Shown: one piece after another, positions 36,793 through 47,483 of the stretch
Layout: each line of letters opens with the position of its first letter
Numbering within the stretch: the stretch's first letter is position 1
Assembly: GCA_029077825.1 (NCBI GenBank)
Contig: JAQNCT010000005.1
Coordinates: 5,226-69,225, forward strand
Direction of reading: 5' to 3'
DNA from: Acidocella sp.
GTDB taxonomy: Bacteria; Pseudomonadota; Alphaproteobacteria; Acetobacterales; Acetobacteraceae
Length of the DNA: 64,000 bases
Position numbers and translations under genes: made by a program
Notes under the pieces: generated by a model
The model's input: only the letters and a program-made list of their open reading frames with translations
What the model was told of the DNA's origin: nothing
The model's database searches: none

Positions 36793-38664
36793 GTGATGAA
36801 GCGTGATTCCAAAAACCAGACGGGGTTTACCAGGCGGGCCTTGCTGATCGGTACGGCCCAGACGGCGATTTTCGGCGCGATCGGCGCCCGGCTGTATAAA
36901 TTGCAGGTCGATGAGCACAGCAAATATCAACTGCTGGCAGAGCATAATAGTATCTCGGAACGCCTGACGGCCCCGGAGCGCGGGGTGATCACGGACCGTT
37001 TCGGCATTGTGCTGGCGGGCAATCAGCAGCATTGGCGGGCGTTGTTTATGGCAGCGCAGGCGCCGGACCCGGCCTCGGTGTTGGATAATTTCGCCAAGCT
37101 GGTACCGCTTGATGATGATGAGCGGGCGCGGATCACCGCTGATATCTCTGGCCGGCCCGGCTACATTCCGGTGTTGCTGAAGGATTATCTGGAATGGCCT
37201 GAGATGGCGGCGTTGGAGGTGAACACACCGAACCTGCCGGGGGTGATTGTAGAGGTGGGCACCAGCCGGGTGTATCCGTTTGGTGCCGGGTTCGCGCATC
37301 CGGTCGGGTATGTGGCGCGGCCGGATGTTCCGGAGGCCAAGGCCAATAATGTGCTGGCGTTGCCTGGCATGCGGGTGGGGCGTTCAGGGGCTGAAGCGGC
37401 CAATGATGATGTGCTGCGTGGCTCACCTGGCTATGTGCAGACCGAGACCAATGTGCATGGCGAGGTGGTGCGTCAGGTAGCGCATGATAACGGCATTCCA
37501 GGACAGACGGTGGCGCTGTCGTTGGATGTTGGAATGCAGAATCTGGCGGTGCAGGCACTCGGCAGCCAGGCTGGGGCGGCGGTGGTGCTGGATGCGCTGA
37601 CGGGCGAGATTTTGGCGATGGCGAGCAATCCGGGGTTTGACCCTGGGTTATTCGATAAAGGCATCCCGGCGGATGTGTGGAAGTCATGGATGGCGGACCC
37701 AATGCACCCGCTGCAAAACAAAGCCATCGCCGGGTTGTTCGCGCCTGGCTCCACCTTCAAGCCAACAGTGGCGCTGGCGGCGCTGAAATATGGTTCGCTG
37801 ACGCCGGAGAAAATTCTCACCTGTAATGGCTCGTTCCAGTTAGGAGACCATGTGTTCTGGTGTGACAACCACATCGCGCATGGCAGCATCACCATGACCA
37901 CCGCATTGCAGGTGAGTTGCGACGTGTTTTTTTATCAGGTGGCGCTGGGTGTGGGCGTGGACCGGATTGCCGAGATGGCGCACACACTAGGGATTGGTGT
38001 GAATTTACAACTGGATATTCCGCATGCCGCGCCGGGGCTGGTGCCAACCATTGATTGGGCGGCGGCGCGGGGCGTGCATTGGGCGCCGGGCAATACCGTG
38101 GTGCAGGGCATCGGCCAGGGCTACACCCAGGTAACCCCGATGGCGCTGGCCACCATGATCGCACGGGTGGCAACCGGCGTTGAAGTTGGCCCCCATATGG
38201 CGCGCCGGATTGATGGTAATTTACAGGATGGCTCGGACATTGGGGACTGGCCCGCCCTTGATGTGGATGACCGGCATTTGGCGGTGGTGCGCCAAGCGTT
38301 GTTTGAGGTGGTGAATACGCCGAGCGGCACGGCCTACGGTTCGCGGCTGGAATTGGCGAATATGCAAATGGCCGGCAAAACCGGTACGGCGCAGGTGCAT
38401 AATAATACCGCCGCCGAAAAGCAGAAAAATTTTAATGATGCCACGATGGCCTGGGCGGACCGCCCGAACGGGTTGTTTGTGGGGTTCGCGCCTTATAACG
38501 CGCCGCGTTATGCGGTGGCGGTGATTGTGGAGCATGGTTTATTCGGCGCGCAGGTGGCCGCCCCGATTGCCAAGCAGTTGATGACCTACGCCCTGACCAA
38601 TGACCCCGCCGGGCGCGACATACCCTTGACCACGCGTGTCTCCAGCGTGGGGGCGCCTTCATGA
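36793..38664 (+). CDS. mrdA: Penicillin-binding protein 2 (elongasome transpeptidase)
   Basis: 623 aa with SxxK (GSTFKP), SxD/N and KTGTA motifs. Confidence 0.93.
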   Translation: MMKRDSKNQTGFTRRALLIGTAQTAIFGAIGARLYKLQVDEHSKYQLLAEHNSISERLTAPERGVITDRFGIVLAGNQQHWRALFMAAQAPDPASVLDNFAKLVPLDDDERARITADISGRPGYIPVLLKDYLEWPEMAALEVNTPNLPGVIVEVGTSRVYPFGAGFAHPVGYVARPDVPEAKANNVLALPGMRVGRSGAEAANDDVLRGSPGYVQTETNVHGEVVRQVAHDNGIPGQTVALSLDVGMQNLAVQALGSQAGAAVVLDALTGEILAMASNPGFDPGLFDKGIPADVWKSWMADPMHPLQNKAIAGLFAPGSTFKPTVALAALKYGSLTPEKILTCNGSFQLGDHVFWCDNHIAHGSITMTTALQVSCDVFFYQVALGVGVDRIAEMAHTLGIGVNLQLDIPHAAPGLVPTIDWAAARGVHWAPGNTVVQGIGQGYTQVTPMALATMIARVATGVEVGPHMARRIDGNLQDGSDIGDWPALDVDDRHLAVVRQALFEVVNTPSGTAYGSRLELANMQMAGKTGTAQVHNNTAAEKQKNFNDATMAWADRPNGLFVGFAPYNAPRYAVAVIVEHGLFGAQVAAPIAKQLMTYALTNDPAGRDIPLTTRVSSVGAPS

Positions 38665-38680
38665 TCGGTTTGAAGCAGAC

Positions 38681-39835
38681 ATGAGCGGCTCCACAATTTC
38701 ATTACACCGCCCGTTCAAGGACCGCTCATTTGGGTTGGTGCGTAAGTTTTTGCGAATCAACTGGCTGTTTGTGGTTTGCCTGTGCGCGCTGGCCGGGGTT
38801 GGTTACCTGGCGCTGTATTCGGCGGCGGGCGGTTCCACCACGCCCTATGCTAACAGCCAGTTGATTAGGTTTTGCGTGGCACTGGTGATGATGTTTGTGA
38901 TTGCGATGGTGGATATCCGCAGTATCGCCAAGGCGGCGTGGCCGAGTTATGCGCTGGGTATATTATTGCTGGTGGTGGTGATGAAGTTTGGCCACACCGG
39001 GCTGGGGGCCAAGCGCTGGATGAGCGTCGGTGGGGTGGAAATTCAGCCCAGTGAATTGATGAAATTATTTTTAATCCTGGCGCTGGCAGCGTATTTCCAT
39101 AAAGCCAGCCATGAGCGCATCGGCAATTTGTTTTTCCTGCTGCCAGCGCTGGCCGTGATTGCGCTGCCGGTGGGGTTGATTTTGAAGGAGCCTAACCTGG
39201 GCACCGCCGTGATCACCGCGGCGATAGGTGCCACCGTGATGCTGGGTGCTGGGGTGCGCTGGTGGAAATTTGCGATTGTGATTGTGGTGATCGGGGTTGC
39301 GGCACCGGTTTTGTATCATCATCTGCATGATTATCAGAAAGCCCGGATTATTACGTTTTTGAATCCAGGTAGTGACCCGCTGGGGGCCGGGTATAATATC
39401 ATCCAATCGAAAATCGCGCTCGGGTCAGGCGGGTTTTCCGGCCAGGGGTTTTTGCACGGAACTCAGAACCAGTTGAATTTTCTGCCCGAAAAACAGACTG
39501 ACTTTGTGTTTACCATCATTGCCGAGGAGTTTGGCTTTATCGGCAGCATTGCAACACTGGCGCTGCTGTTCATGATTGTGGTGATCGCACTTTATACGGC
39601 GGTGCGGTCGGAAAATCAGTTTGGCCGGCTGGTGGCGCTTGGGATCGCCACGAATTTTTTCCTTTATTGTTTCGTGAATTTATCAATGGTGATGGGGCTG
39701 ATCCCGGTGGGTGGCGTGCCGCTGCCCTTGATTTCTTATGGCGGGTCGGCTCTGACAGCGGTGATGCTGGGGTTTGGGGTGTTGATGTCTGTGCATGTGC
39801 ACCGGGAAGCTGAATTTGCGGTTGATGAGTACTGA
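38681..39835 (+). CDS. rodA: Rod shape-determining SEDS protein RodA
   Basis: SEDS motifs are IQPSELMK and the LPEKQTDFVFTIIAEEFGFIG block. I prefer the start at ATG 38681, which lies after the mrdA stop. Confidence 0.92.
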   Translation: MSGSTISLHRPFKDRSFGLVRKFLRINWLFVVCLCALAGVGYLALYSAAGGSTTPYANSQLIRFCVALVMMFVIAMVDIRSIAKAAWPSYALGILLLVVVMKFGHTGLGAKRWMSVGGVEIQPSELMKLFLILALAAYFHKASHERIGNLFFLLPALAVIALPVGLILKEPNLGTAVITAAIGATVMLGAGVRWWKFAIVIVVIGVAAPVLYHHLHDYQKARIITFLNPGSDPLGAGYNIIQSKIALGSGGFSGQGFLHGTQNQLNFLPEKQTDFVFTIIAEEFGFIGSIATLALLFMIVVIALYTAVRSENQFGRLVALGIATNFFLYCFVNLSMVMGLIPVGGVPLPLISYGGSALTAVMLGFGVLMSVHVHREAEFAVDEY

Positions 39836-39867
39836 TAGTTAAGTTTGGCATTTAGGTTTGGTGTTGC

Positions 39868-40641
39868 ATGATTTTGGTATTTGATTCCGGCATTGGCGGC
39901 TTGGGCGTGGTGCGCCAAATTCGGCGGCATGCGGCGCACCTGCCGCTGGCGTATCTGGCCGATAATGGGTTTTACCCGTACGGCGAAAAATCTGACGAGG
40001 TGCTGCTGGCCCGGGTGGTAAAGCTGCTGGGTGAGGCGATTAAAATGTTTAACCCCAGTGCCGTTGTGTTGGCCTGCAATACCGCCAGCACCATTGCGCT
40101 GGCCACCTTGCGCCAGACCCACCGGGTGCCGTTTGTGGGGTGCGTGCCCCCCATTAAACCAGCGGCAGCCGCCAGCCAGAGCCGCCAGCTTGGCTTGCTG
40201 GCAACACCTGCCACCATCAGGCGGCCCTATTTGCAGGATTTATTGGACAAATTCGCCGATGATTGCCAGGTGCACAGCCTGGGCACGCCGCTGCTAGCGG
40301 ACATGGCGGAGGCAAAATTCCGCGGCGAGGCAGTGGATTTAGCAGCGCTGGAAGCTGCCGTGGCGCCCATGTTCACAGCCGGGCCAACCATTGATGCGGT
40401 GGCGCTGGGCTGTACCCATTATACGTTTTTATTAAATGAGCTGAAGGTTCTGTACCCCGGCGTGATGTGGTTTGACCCCGCCGGGCCAGTGGCGCGCCAG
40501 ACCGAGGCGGTGGTGGCGCGCCAGGAGCTGGTGGCGAATGGCCCGGAGCGTGCCTTTTTCACCGCCAAACTGCCGGATTTAGACATGATGAAGGCGGCGC
40601 TGGCGGATTACGGCTTTAGCGAAGTTATGGTGGCGGGCTAA
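39868..40641 (+). CDS. murI: Glutamate racemase
   Basis: 257 aa with VFDSGIGGL, ACNTAS and GCTHY (the catalytic Cys motifs). Confidence 0.92.
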   Translation: MILVFDSGIGGLGVVRQIRRHAAHLPLAYLADNGFYPYGEKSDEVLLARVVKLLGEAIKMFNPSAVVLACNTASTIALATLRQTHRVPFVGCVPPIKPAAAASQSRQLGLLATPATIRRPYLQDLLDKFADDCQVHSLGTPLLADMAEAKFRGEAVDLAALEAAVAPMFTAGPTIDAVALGCTHYTFLLNELKVLYPGVMWFDPAGPVARQTEAVVARQELVANGPERAFFTAKLPDLDMMKAALADYGFSEVMVAG

Positions 40642-40705
40642 GGCTGCATTGCCAGGCGTGAAGCGGGGCGGTTAAACAGGGCACACGTATGTAGAAAGTG
40701 TTTTT

Positions 40706-43288
40706 GTGACCGAATTGCCCAATAACCCCGCCGAAACCACCGCCCCGCGCTATGATTTTGCCAGCGCTGAGCCAGCCTGGCAGGCCGCCTGGGAGGCCGC
40801 CGGCTGCTTTACCGCGCAGGATGTGCCAGCCGGGGATAAGCCAAAATATTACGTGCTGGAGATGTTCCCGTACCCGTCGGGTAAAATTCATATGGGGCAT
40901 GTGCGCAATTACACGCTGGGTGATGTGGTGGCACGTTATAAGCGGGCGCGCGGGTTTAATGTGCTGCACCCGATGGGGTGGGATGCCTTTGGCCTGCCGG
41001 CTGAAAATGCCGCCCGCCAACGTAAAACCGACCCCGCCAGCTGGACGTATGAGAACATTGCCACCATGCGCGCTGAGCTGAAGCGGATGGGGTTGTCACT
41101 TGATTGGGCACGTGAATTTGCTACCTGTGACCCTGAATATTACGGCCAGCAGCAGCAATTATTCCTGGATTTTTGGGCTGCAGGATTGGTGGAGCGCAAA
41201 CAAAGTGCGGTAAACTGGGACCCGGTGGACAACACCGTGCTGGCTAATGAACAAGTCATCGACGGGCGGGGCTGGCTTTCAGGCGCGTTGGTTGAGCGTA
41301 AAATCCTCTCGCAATGGTTTTTGAAAATCACCGACTTTGCGCCAGAGCTGTTGGCTGGCCTGAATGAGCTGCCGCGCTGGCCCGAACGGGTGAAGCTGAT
41401 GCAGGAAAACTGGATTGGCCGCTCCGAGGGCGCTGAGGTGACATTCCCGCTGGCAGGCGCGGATGAGGGCATTACGGTTTACACCACCCGGCCAGATACA
41501 TTGTTTGGCATGAGCTTTTTGGCGATTGCGCCAGAGCACCCGGTGGCCAAACAGGTAGCGGCGCAAAATGGCGCAGCGGCAGCGTTTGTGGCGGAATGCG
41601 CCAGCCAGGGAACCTCGGAAGCGGCAATCGAAACTGCAGAGAAGCGCGGGTTTGATACCGGGTTGCGGGTGGTGAACCCGTTTAATGGTGAAACATTTCC
41701 GGTGTGGATCGCCAATTTTGTGTTGATGGATTACGGCACCGGCGCGATTTTTGGCTGCCCGTGTGGCGACCAGCGCGATTTGGATTTTGCCCGCAAATAC
41801 CAGCTGCCGGTGCCAGTGGTGGTAGCGCCGCAAGCCGGGGATATACCTGAGATCGGCAACAAGGCGCTCGATGGTGATGGCTACATCGTCAATTCAGGGT
41901 TTTTGGATGGCATGACCACCAAAGCCGCGAAGGCGGCAGCGATTGCCAAGCTGGAAGCGCTGGGGGCTGGCAAATCCGTGGTGAATTGGCGGCTGCGTGA
42001 TTGGGGCATTTCCCGCCAGCGCTATTGGGGCTGCCCAATCCCGGTGATCCATTGTGAGGTTTGCGGCCCGGTGGCGGAAACCAAATTGCCGTTGGTACTG
42101 CCCACCGATGTGAGCTTTGATAAACCGGGCAACCCGCTGGAGCATCATCCAACCTGGAAGCATGTGGCCTGCCCGAAGTGCGCAGGCAAGGCACTGCGCG
42201 AATCCGATACGTTTGATACCTTCATTGACAGCTCATGGTATTTCGCGCGCTTTACCGCGCCAAAGGCTGCGCACCCAACTGATTTGGCGGCGGTAAACCA
42301 TTGGCTGCCGGTGGACCAATATGTGGGCGGCATTGAGCACGCGATTTTGCATTTGCTGTATGCGAGGTTTTTCACCCGGGCGATGCGCGCCACCGGGCAT
42401 CTGGCGGTTTCAGAGCCATTTGCCGGCTTGTTCACCCAAGGCATGGTGACGCATGAATCTTATAAGGATGCGGATGGGAATTGGCTCTACCCCGAGGAGG
42501 TAACCAAGCATCTGGATGGCAGCGCCACAAGTGCTGATGGCCGGGCGGTGAGCGTGGGGCGGATTGAGAAAATGTCAAAATCCAAGCGCAACACCGTGGA
42601 CCCTGGGGTGATTATTGACCGGTTTGGGGCCGATGCGGCGCGCTGGTTTGTGCTCTCTGACAATCCGCCCGAGCGCGATGTTGAATGGACCGAGACCGGC
42701 GCACAGGGCGCGTTCAGGTTCGTGCAGCGCATTTACCGGCTGGCGGAAACCATATCATCGGAACCACGCGGACCAAAGCCAGCAGCGTTTGAAGGTGAGG
42801 CGAAAAAGCTGCGCCAACTCACCCACCGCAGCATTGTGGCCATCACGGAGGCGCTGGAGACATTTGCCTTTAACGTGGCGGTAGCGCGGGCCTATGAGCT
42901 TTCTGGCGCACTGGTAGGTGACAGCCCGACCGACGCCGCGCTGCTATGGGCCCGCCTGGAAGCCATAACCACATTGGCCCGGCTGGTGGCGCCCATGATC
43001 CCGCATGTGGCAGAAGCCATGAACGCGCTGCTGAACCCCGGCAGTGAGTTGGTGACCATGCAGCCCTGGCCGCAAGCCGAACCCGAATGGCTGGTAAAGG
43101 ATGAGCTTACCGTGGCGGTGCAGGTAAATGGCAAGCTGAAGGGCACCATTACCATTGCCACCGGCACCGAGGCCGCCGCTGCCGTGGCGATTGCCAAAGC
43201 GGCGGTGGCTGGCGCATTAAAGGGCCAGACCATCGTGAAGGAAATTTATGTGGCGGGCAGGATCGTTAACTTTGTCGTCAAACCGTAA
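40706..43288 (+). CDS. leuS: Leucine--tRNA ligase
   Basis: 860 aa with the HIGH-type [15 protein letters not shown] motif and the KMSKS motif. The start codon is GTG. Confidence 0.97.
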   Translation: MTELPNNPAETTAPRYDFASAEPAWQAAWEAAGCFTAQDVPAGDKPKYYVLEMFPYPSGKIHMGHVRNYTLGDVVARYKRARGFNVLHPMGWDAFGLPAENAARQRKTDPASWTYENIATMRAELKRMGLSLDWAREFATCDPEYYGQQQQLFLDFWAAGLVERKQSAVNWDPVDNTVLANEQVIDGRGWLSGALVERKILSQWFLKITDFAPELLAGLNELPRWPERVKLMQENWIGRSEGAEVTFPLAGADEGITVYTTRPDTLFGMSFLAIAPEHPVAKQVAAQNGAAAAFVAECASQGTSEAAIETAEKRGFDTGLRVVNPFNGETFPVWIANFVLMDYGTGAIFGCPCGDQRDLDFARKYQLPVPVVVAPQAGDIPEIGNKALDGDGYIVNSGFLDGMTTKAAKAAAIAKLEALGAGKSVVNWRLRDWGISRQRYWGCPIPVIHCEVCGPVAETKLPLVLPTDVSFDKPGNPLEHHPTWKHVACPKCAGKALRESDTFDTFIDSSWYFARFTAPKAAHPTDLAAVNHWLPVDQYVGGIEHAILHLLYARFFTRAMRATGHLAVSEPFAGLFTQGMVTHESYKDADGNWLYPEEVTKHLDGSATSADGRAVSVGRIEKMSKSKRNTVDPGVIIDRFGADAARWFVLSDNPPERDVEWTETGAQGAFRFVQRIYRLAETISSEPRGPKPAAFEGEAKKLRQLTHRSIVAITEALETFAFNVAVARAYELSGALVGDSPTDAALLWARLEAITTLARLVAPMIPHVAEAMNALLNPGSELVTMQPWPQAEPEWLVKDELTVAVQVNGKLKGTITIATGTEAAAAVAIAKAAVAGALKGQTIVKEIYVAGRIVNFVVKP

Positions 43289-43811
43289 ATTTTTACCCCG
43301 TTTGGGGGTATTGGGGGCGGGGTTGCTGCTGTTGGCCGGTTGCGGGTTCACGCCGCTGTATGGCGGTGACCAAGGTGCCGCCGTGCAAGGGCAGCTTGAG
43401 CAGGTAAAAATTGCCAATATTCCCGAACGCCCAGGCCAGTTGTTGCATGAGGCGCTGGAGGCGCAGATGCAGCGCCAGGGCAGCCCGACCCAGCAGCTTT
43501 ATGTGCTGAATGTGAATTATGTGATCACGCCGGATCAGGTGGGCGTGCAGGCTGATAGTTCAGTCTCACGGGTGCGCTATAATGCCACCGCGCAATGGAC
43601 TCTCAACCCGATCGGCGCGCCCGCCCAGACACTGGCCAGCGGTCAGGCGGTGACGTCGGATGCGCTGAACGTGATCAACCAGCAGTATTTTGCCCAGTCA
43701 CTGGAGGCCAGCACCGTTAACCAGCAATTGGCTGACCAGATTGCCGCCCAGATTGCGCAGCAGGTGGCGGTGTATTTCAAAACCCACCCTGCCCCACCCG
43801 CGCCCGGATGA
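43248..43811 (+). CDS. lptE: LPS-assembly lipoprotein LptE
   Basis: Lipobox [14 protein letters not shown]. It sits in the conserved leuS-lptE-holA order. The exact start is uncertain because the ORF overlaps the end of leuS. Confidence 0.8.
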   Translation: MWRAGSLTLSSNRKFLPRLGVLGAGLLLLAGCGFTPLYGGDQGAAVQGQLEQVKIANIPERPGQLLHEALEAQMQRQGSPTQQLYVLNVNYVITPDQVGVQADSSVSRVRYNATAQWTLNPIGAPAQTLASGQAVTSDALNVINQQYFAQSLEASTVNQQLADQIAAQIAQQVAVYFKTHPAPPAPG

Positions 43812-44815
43812 AGATTGATGCGGGCCGGGTTGAGGCGTTTTTAAAAAACCCCGGGTCAGTCAATGTTGTTTTAATTTACGGCCCTGATGGCGGGCTGGTG
43901 GCCGAGCGGGCGCTGGCGCTGGTGAAGGCAGCACTGGCTGGCGCTGATGAGACCTTTAATTACGCCGAGCTTTATGACGAGGCCCGGCTGCTGGAGGAGG
44001 CAACCGCGGTTTCATTATTGGGTGGGCGGCGGGTGGTGCGGTTGCGTGATGCTGGCGAGGGCGCGGTAAAACCGGTCGAGGCGCTGCTGAAAACCGCCTC
44101 TGATGCGTTGGTGATTCTGGAAGGTGGTGAGCTGACCGCAAAATCAAAATTGCGGGCACTGGCCGAAAAATCACCCCAGATGGCCTGCATTGCCTGCTAC
44201 GCGGTAGATGCGGCGCGCTTGCCACGGGCATTGAGCGAGCGACTGCGCGCACTGGGGGTGACAATTGATAGCGAGGCCGCCGCCTGGGCAGGGGCCAATC
44301 TGGCCGGGGAGGAAGGTGCCATCCGCCAGGCGGTGGAATTGCTGTATTTATATGCAGGCGGGCTGCGCCAGCTTAGCCTGGCTGATGTACAGGCCGCCTT
44401 GGCCGCCGGGGGTGAAACCTCCATGCAAGAGGCCATTGATGCCACACTCACCGGCGATACGGCGGGCACGGACCGGGCGCTGGCGCTGGCGTTTGAAGCC
44501 GGGGACTCACCGGTGGCGGTGGTGCGCATATTGCTGGGTGAGCTAATGCGCCTGCGGTTGCTGGCAGCCCAAATCTCTACCGGAGGCTCTATTTCAGAGG
44601 CGGTGGCCGGGGCGCGCCCCCCGGTGTTTTTCAAGCGGGTGCCATTTGTCACCAAGGCGCTTGGGCTTTGGACTTTGGCAACGCTGAACCAGGCGATTGC
44701 GGCAGCGCTGACCGCTGAGGCCGCGTGCAAAACAACCCATGTGCCAGATACCGCTTATTGCCGGCAAATGATGCTGGGGTTGGCCTCGCGCGCGCGTAAC
44801 GCCGGGCGACGCTGA
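43808..44815 (+). CDS. holA: DNA polymerase III subunit delta
   Basis: 335 aa. An ATGA overlap joins it to lptE. It has a typical holA N-terminus (VVLIYGPDGGL) and the expected synteny. Confidence 0.85.
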   Translation: MKIDAGRVEAFLKNPGSVNVVLIYGPDGGLVAERALALVKAALAGADETFNYAELYDEARLLEEATAVSLLGGRRVVRLRDAGEGAVKPVEALLKTASDALVILEGGELTAKSKLRALAEKSPQMACIACYAVDAARLPRALSERLRALGVTIDSEAAAWAGANLAGEEGAIRQAVELLYLYAGGLRQLSLADVQAALAAGGETSMQEAIDATLTGDTAGTDRALALAFEAGDSPVAVVRILLGELMRLRLLAAQISTGGSISEAVAGARPPVFFKRVPFVTKALGLWTLATLNQAIAAALTAEAACKTTHVPDTAYCRQMMLGLASRARNAGRR

Positions 44816-44816
44816 G

Positions 44817-45506
44817 GTGGGCGGCGTTCAGCTGAGCCAGGATTGGATGGTACAGGTTCCGGCGCTGGCGGGGCTGGATGCGCCGGGTAAGGCGATATTG
44901 GGATCGCTCAGCTACGAGATGAAGGCACCAGCCGGCATGCGGGTGTTTGGCGAGGGCAGCCCGTGCCAGGTGTTTTTGATTGTGCGCTCCGGCCAGATCC
45001 GGGTGTGCAAAACCGGCGAGAGCGGGCGCGAGATTGTGCTCTACCGGGTAGGGCCGGGCGAGACTTGCATTGTCACCACCGCCTGTTTGATGACCGGAAC
45101 CGATTATGACGCCGACGGCGTGGCCGAGAGCGACATTATAGCACAAGCTCTGCCGCTGCCGGGATTCATGAGCTTGCTTGCGCAGTCCGCCGGGTTCCGC
45201 CAGTTCGTGTTCCAGGCCTATGGTACTCGGATTGCCGATTTGCTGCTGCGGATTGAGGAGGTGGCGTTTGGCAAAATCGACCAAAGGCTGGCCGCGATGC
45301 TGGGTGAGCGCGCCACTGCGGATGGGCTGCTGGTGATGACGCATTATGATATGGCGGTCGAGCTTGGCACCGCACGCGAAGTGGTGAGCCGGCAGTTGAA
45401 GGAATTTGAGCGCCAAGGCTGGGTAAGGTTGGGGCGCGGGCAGATGCAACTGCTAAACCCCAGGGCGCTGGTGGCGCTGGCACAAAAATACCATTGCGAT
45501 GTGTGA
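44817..45506 (+). CDS. Crp/Fnr-family transcriptional regulator (no FNR-type N-terminal Cys cluster)
   Basis: 229 aa with a cNMP-binding beta-roll and the C-terminal HTH LGTAREVVSRQLKEFERQGWV. Confidence 0.85.
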   Translation: MGGVQLSQDWMVQVPALAGLDAPGKAILGSLSYEMKAPAGMRVFGEGSPCQVFLIVRSGQIRVCKTGESGREIVLYRVGPGETCIVTTACLMTGTDYDADGVAESDIIAQALPLPGFMSLLAQSAGFRQFVFQAYGTRIADLLLRIEEVAFGKIDQRLAAMLGERATADGLLVMTHYDMAVELGTAREVVSRQLKEFERQGWVRLGRGQMQLLNPRALVALAQKYHCDV

Positions 45507-45572
45507 CTAGATCACAGACATCGTGGCAAGTGTTCCGTAACGTGGAAGCACGATATGGAAAGGAACTTACAA

Positions 45573-45761
45573 ATGATGAAAAATGTGGGTGGATTGGACC
45601 GGGTTTTGCGGGTGACTGCGGGCCTGGTGCTGATTATCGCGACCGGGCTGCATGCGCTGCCGGTGTGGGGTTATATTGGCGTGGTGCCATTGATGACCGG
45701 GCTGATCGGCTGGTGCCCGGCCTATATGCCGTTTGGTATTAAAACCTGCAGCACCAAATAA
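45573..45761 (+). CDS. DUF2892 (YgaP-like) small membrane protein
   Basis: MMKNVGGLDRVLRVTAGLVLI...LMTGLIGWCPAYMPFGIKTC matches the DUF2892 pattern. An AAGGAA RBS precedes ATG 45573. Confidence 0.7.
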   Translation: MMKNVGGLDRVLRVTAGLVLIIATGLHALPVWGYIGVVPLMTGLIGWCPAYMPFGIKTCSTK

Positions 45762-45813
45762 AACCGAGGCCCTGCGTAGGCGGCTCATCATTATGGGCTG
45801 GTGCTACCTTGCT

Positions 45814-46272
45814 CTAAAGCCCTTCATGCGTGTGTGGTGGCGCGTCGGGTTCGTGATGGTGGCTGTGCGCGGTTAGCTTCAGCGGCACGATGTGCAGATT
45901 GGCGTGACGCACCCCGCGTTGGGCGGTGAGTTCGTCCGCCATTTTTTTGACCGCATCAATCGGGCCGCGCAGGATAGAAACTTCCAGGCAGCTTGCATGG
46001 TCAAAATGCACATGGGTGGTGGCGATGCCAAGGTCATGGTGGTCGTGCTGGGCGTTCACCAGGCGCTGCGCAAGTTCACGGGTGGCGTGGTCGTACACGT
46101 AGGTTAGTGTGGCAACACAAGGAGCGCGGCCGGCGGTGGCGTAGTCGTTTTTGGCGGCTTCGCGCACCAGTTCGCGGATGGCTTCTGAGCGGCTGGGATA
46201 GCCGCGTTTGGTCACCAGGGCATCAACCGAGGCGAGTAGCTCATCGTCGATGGTGATGGTGATGCGTTCCAT
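45814..46272 (-). CDS. nikR: Nickel-responsive repressor NikR
   Basis: 152 aa with the RHH N-terminus MERITITIDDELL and the C-terminal metal site THVHFDHASCLEVSILRG. Confidence 0.93.
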   Translation of the reverse strand: MERITITIDDELLASVDALVTKRGYPSRSEAIRELVREAAKNDYATAGRAPCVATLTYVYDHATRELAQRLVNAQHDHHDLGIATTHVHFDHASCLEVSILRGPIDAVKKMADELTAQRGVRHANLHIVPLKLTAHSHHHEPDAPPHTHEGL

Positions 46273-46370
46273 GGTTTTGCTCCTGCGGTTGGCCTTGCTG
46301 TATTCTGGCGGGTTGTCGGACGTGGTGCAATGTTCGCTTGACGGACAAAAAGTTCATTACTTGACGTGTC

Positions 46371-46398
46371 GTATGATAGATTATAATGAAGATCATAC
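46371..46398. promoter_or_regulatory. NikR operator GTATGA-N16-TCATAC overlapping the NiCoT promoter
   Basis: GTATGA lies at 46371-46376 and TCATAC at 46393-46398, separated by an exact 16-nt spacer. The spacer contains TATAAT (46382-46387), and TTGACG lies at 46361-46366. Confidence 0.85.
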
Positions 46399-46421
46399 TA
46401 AACCCGGAGGGAATCAGCCGT

Positions 46422-47483
46422 ATGTTAGCGTGTTTGCGGCATGTTTTGAGCGATAGCTGCCAGAGCCTGCGCGGCAAGATTACCCTGATGTATGTGTTTT
46501 TGATAACCGCTAACGTCGGCCTATGGGGCGTGGCGGTGGTCACCTTCCGGCATTATCCGGTGCTGCTGGGCACCAGCTTTTTAGCTTATAGTTTTGGCCT
46601 GCGCCATTCGGTTGATGCTGACCATATTGCCGCCATTGATAACGTGACCCGCAAATTAATGGGCCAGGGCAAGCGGCCGGTGGGCATTGGGTTGTATTTC
46701 TCGCTGGGGCATTCAAGCGTGGTGTTTGCACTTTCCGCCGCCATGGCGCTGGGGGCGGTAGCGCTTAAAAACCATTTTGGTGATTTGCAAAATTTCGGCA
46801 GTATTGTTGGGACTTTGGTCTCAGCTTTGTTTCTCTTTGCGATTGCCTTGATGAATTTTATGGTGCTGGCTGGCATTTTTAAAACCTTCCGGCATGTAAA
46901 AGCCGGGGGGTTGTATGAGGATGAGGATTTAAACCTATTGCTGGCCAAGCGGGGGTTTTTCGGGCGCATCTTCCGCGGGCTGTTCAAGCTGGTGGACCAT
47001 AGCTGGCAGATGTATCTGGTGGGGTTTTTATTCGGGCTGGGGTTTGATACCGCCACTGAAGTGGGGCTGCTTGGTATCTCAGCCGCCGAAGCCTCACATG
47101 GTTTGCCGATCTGGTCGATTATGGTGTTTCCGGCCTTGTTCACCGCCGGCATGGCGCTGATTGATACCACCGATAGTATTTTAATGCTGGGCGCCTATGG
47201 CTGGGCCTTCGCCAAGCCGCTGCGCAAACTTTATTATAACATCACCATCACGTCAGTTTCCGTGCTGGTGGCAGTGATTGTGGGCGGGCTGGAAACTTTG
47301 GGGCTGGTGCAAGGAGAGATGGATTTCTCGGGGCCGTTCTGGGGGGCGGTTAGCAGCTTGAATCATAACTTCGGCATGCTGGGTTATGTGATTATCGGCA
47401 TTTTCATGCTGAGCTGGCTGGTGTCAGTGCTGGTATATAAGTTCAACGGCTATGATGATATCGAAGTTCGGGCGGCTGAGTGA
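46422..47483 (+). CDS. Nickel/cobalt permease of the NiCoT (HoxN/HupN/NixA) family
   Basis: TM2 signature LRHSVDADHIAAIDNVTRKL and the later GFLFGLGFDTATEV motif. I moved the start to ATG 46422, because the ORF-track start at 46386 lies inside the operator. Confidence 0.9.
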   Translation: MLACLRHVLSDSCQSLRGKITLMYVFLITANVGLWGVAVVTFRHYPVLLGTSFLAYSFGLRHSVDADHIAAIDNVTRKLMGQGKRPVGIGLYFSLGHSSVVFALSAAMALGAVALKNHFGDLQNFGSIVGTLVSALFLFAIALMNFMVLAGIFKTFRHVKAGGLYEDEDLNLLLAKRGFFGRIFRGLFKLVDHSWQMYLVGFLFGLGFDTATEVGLLGISAAEASHGLPIWSIMVFPALFTAGMALIDTTDSILMLGAYGWAFAKPLRKLYYNITITSVSVLVAVIVGGLETLGLVQGEMDFSGPFWGAVSSLNHNFGMLGYVIIGIFMLSWLVSVLVYKFNGYDDIEVRAAE

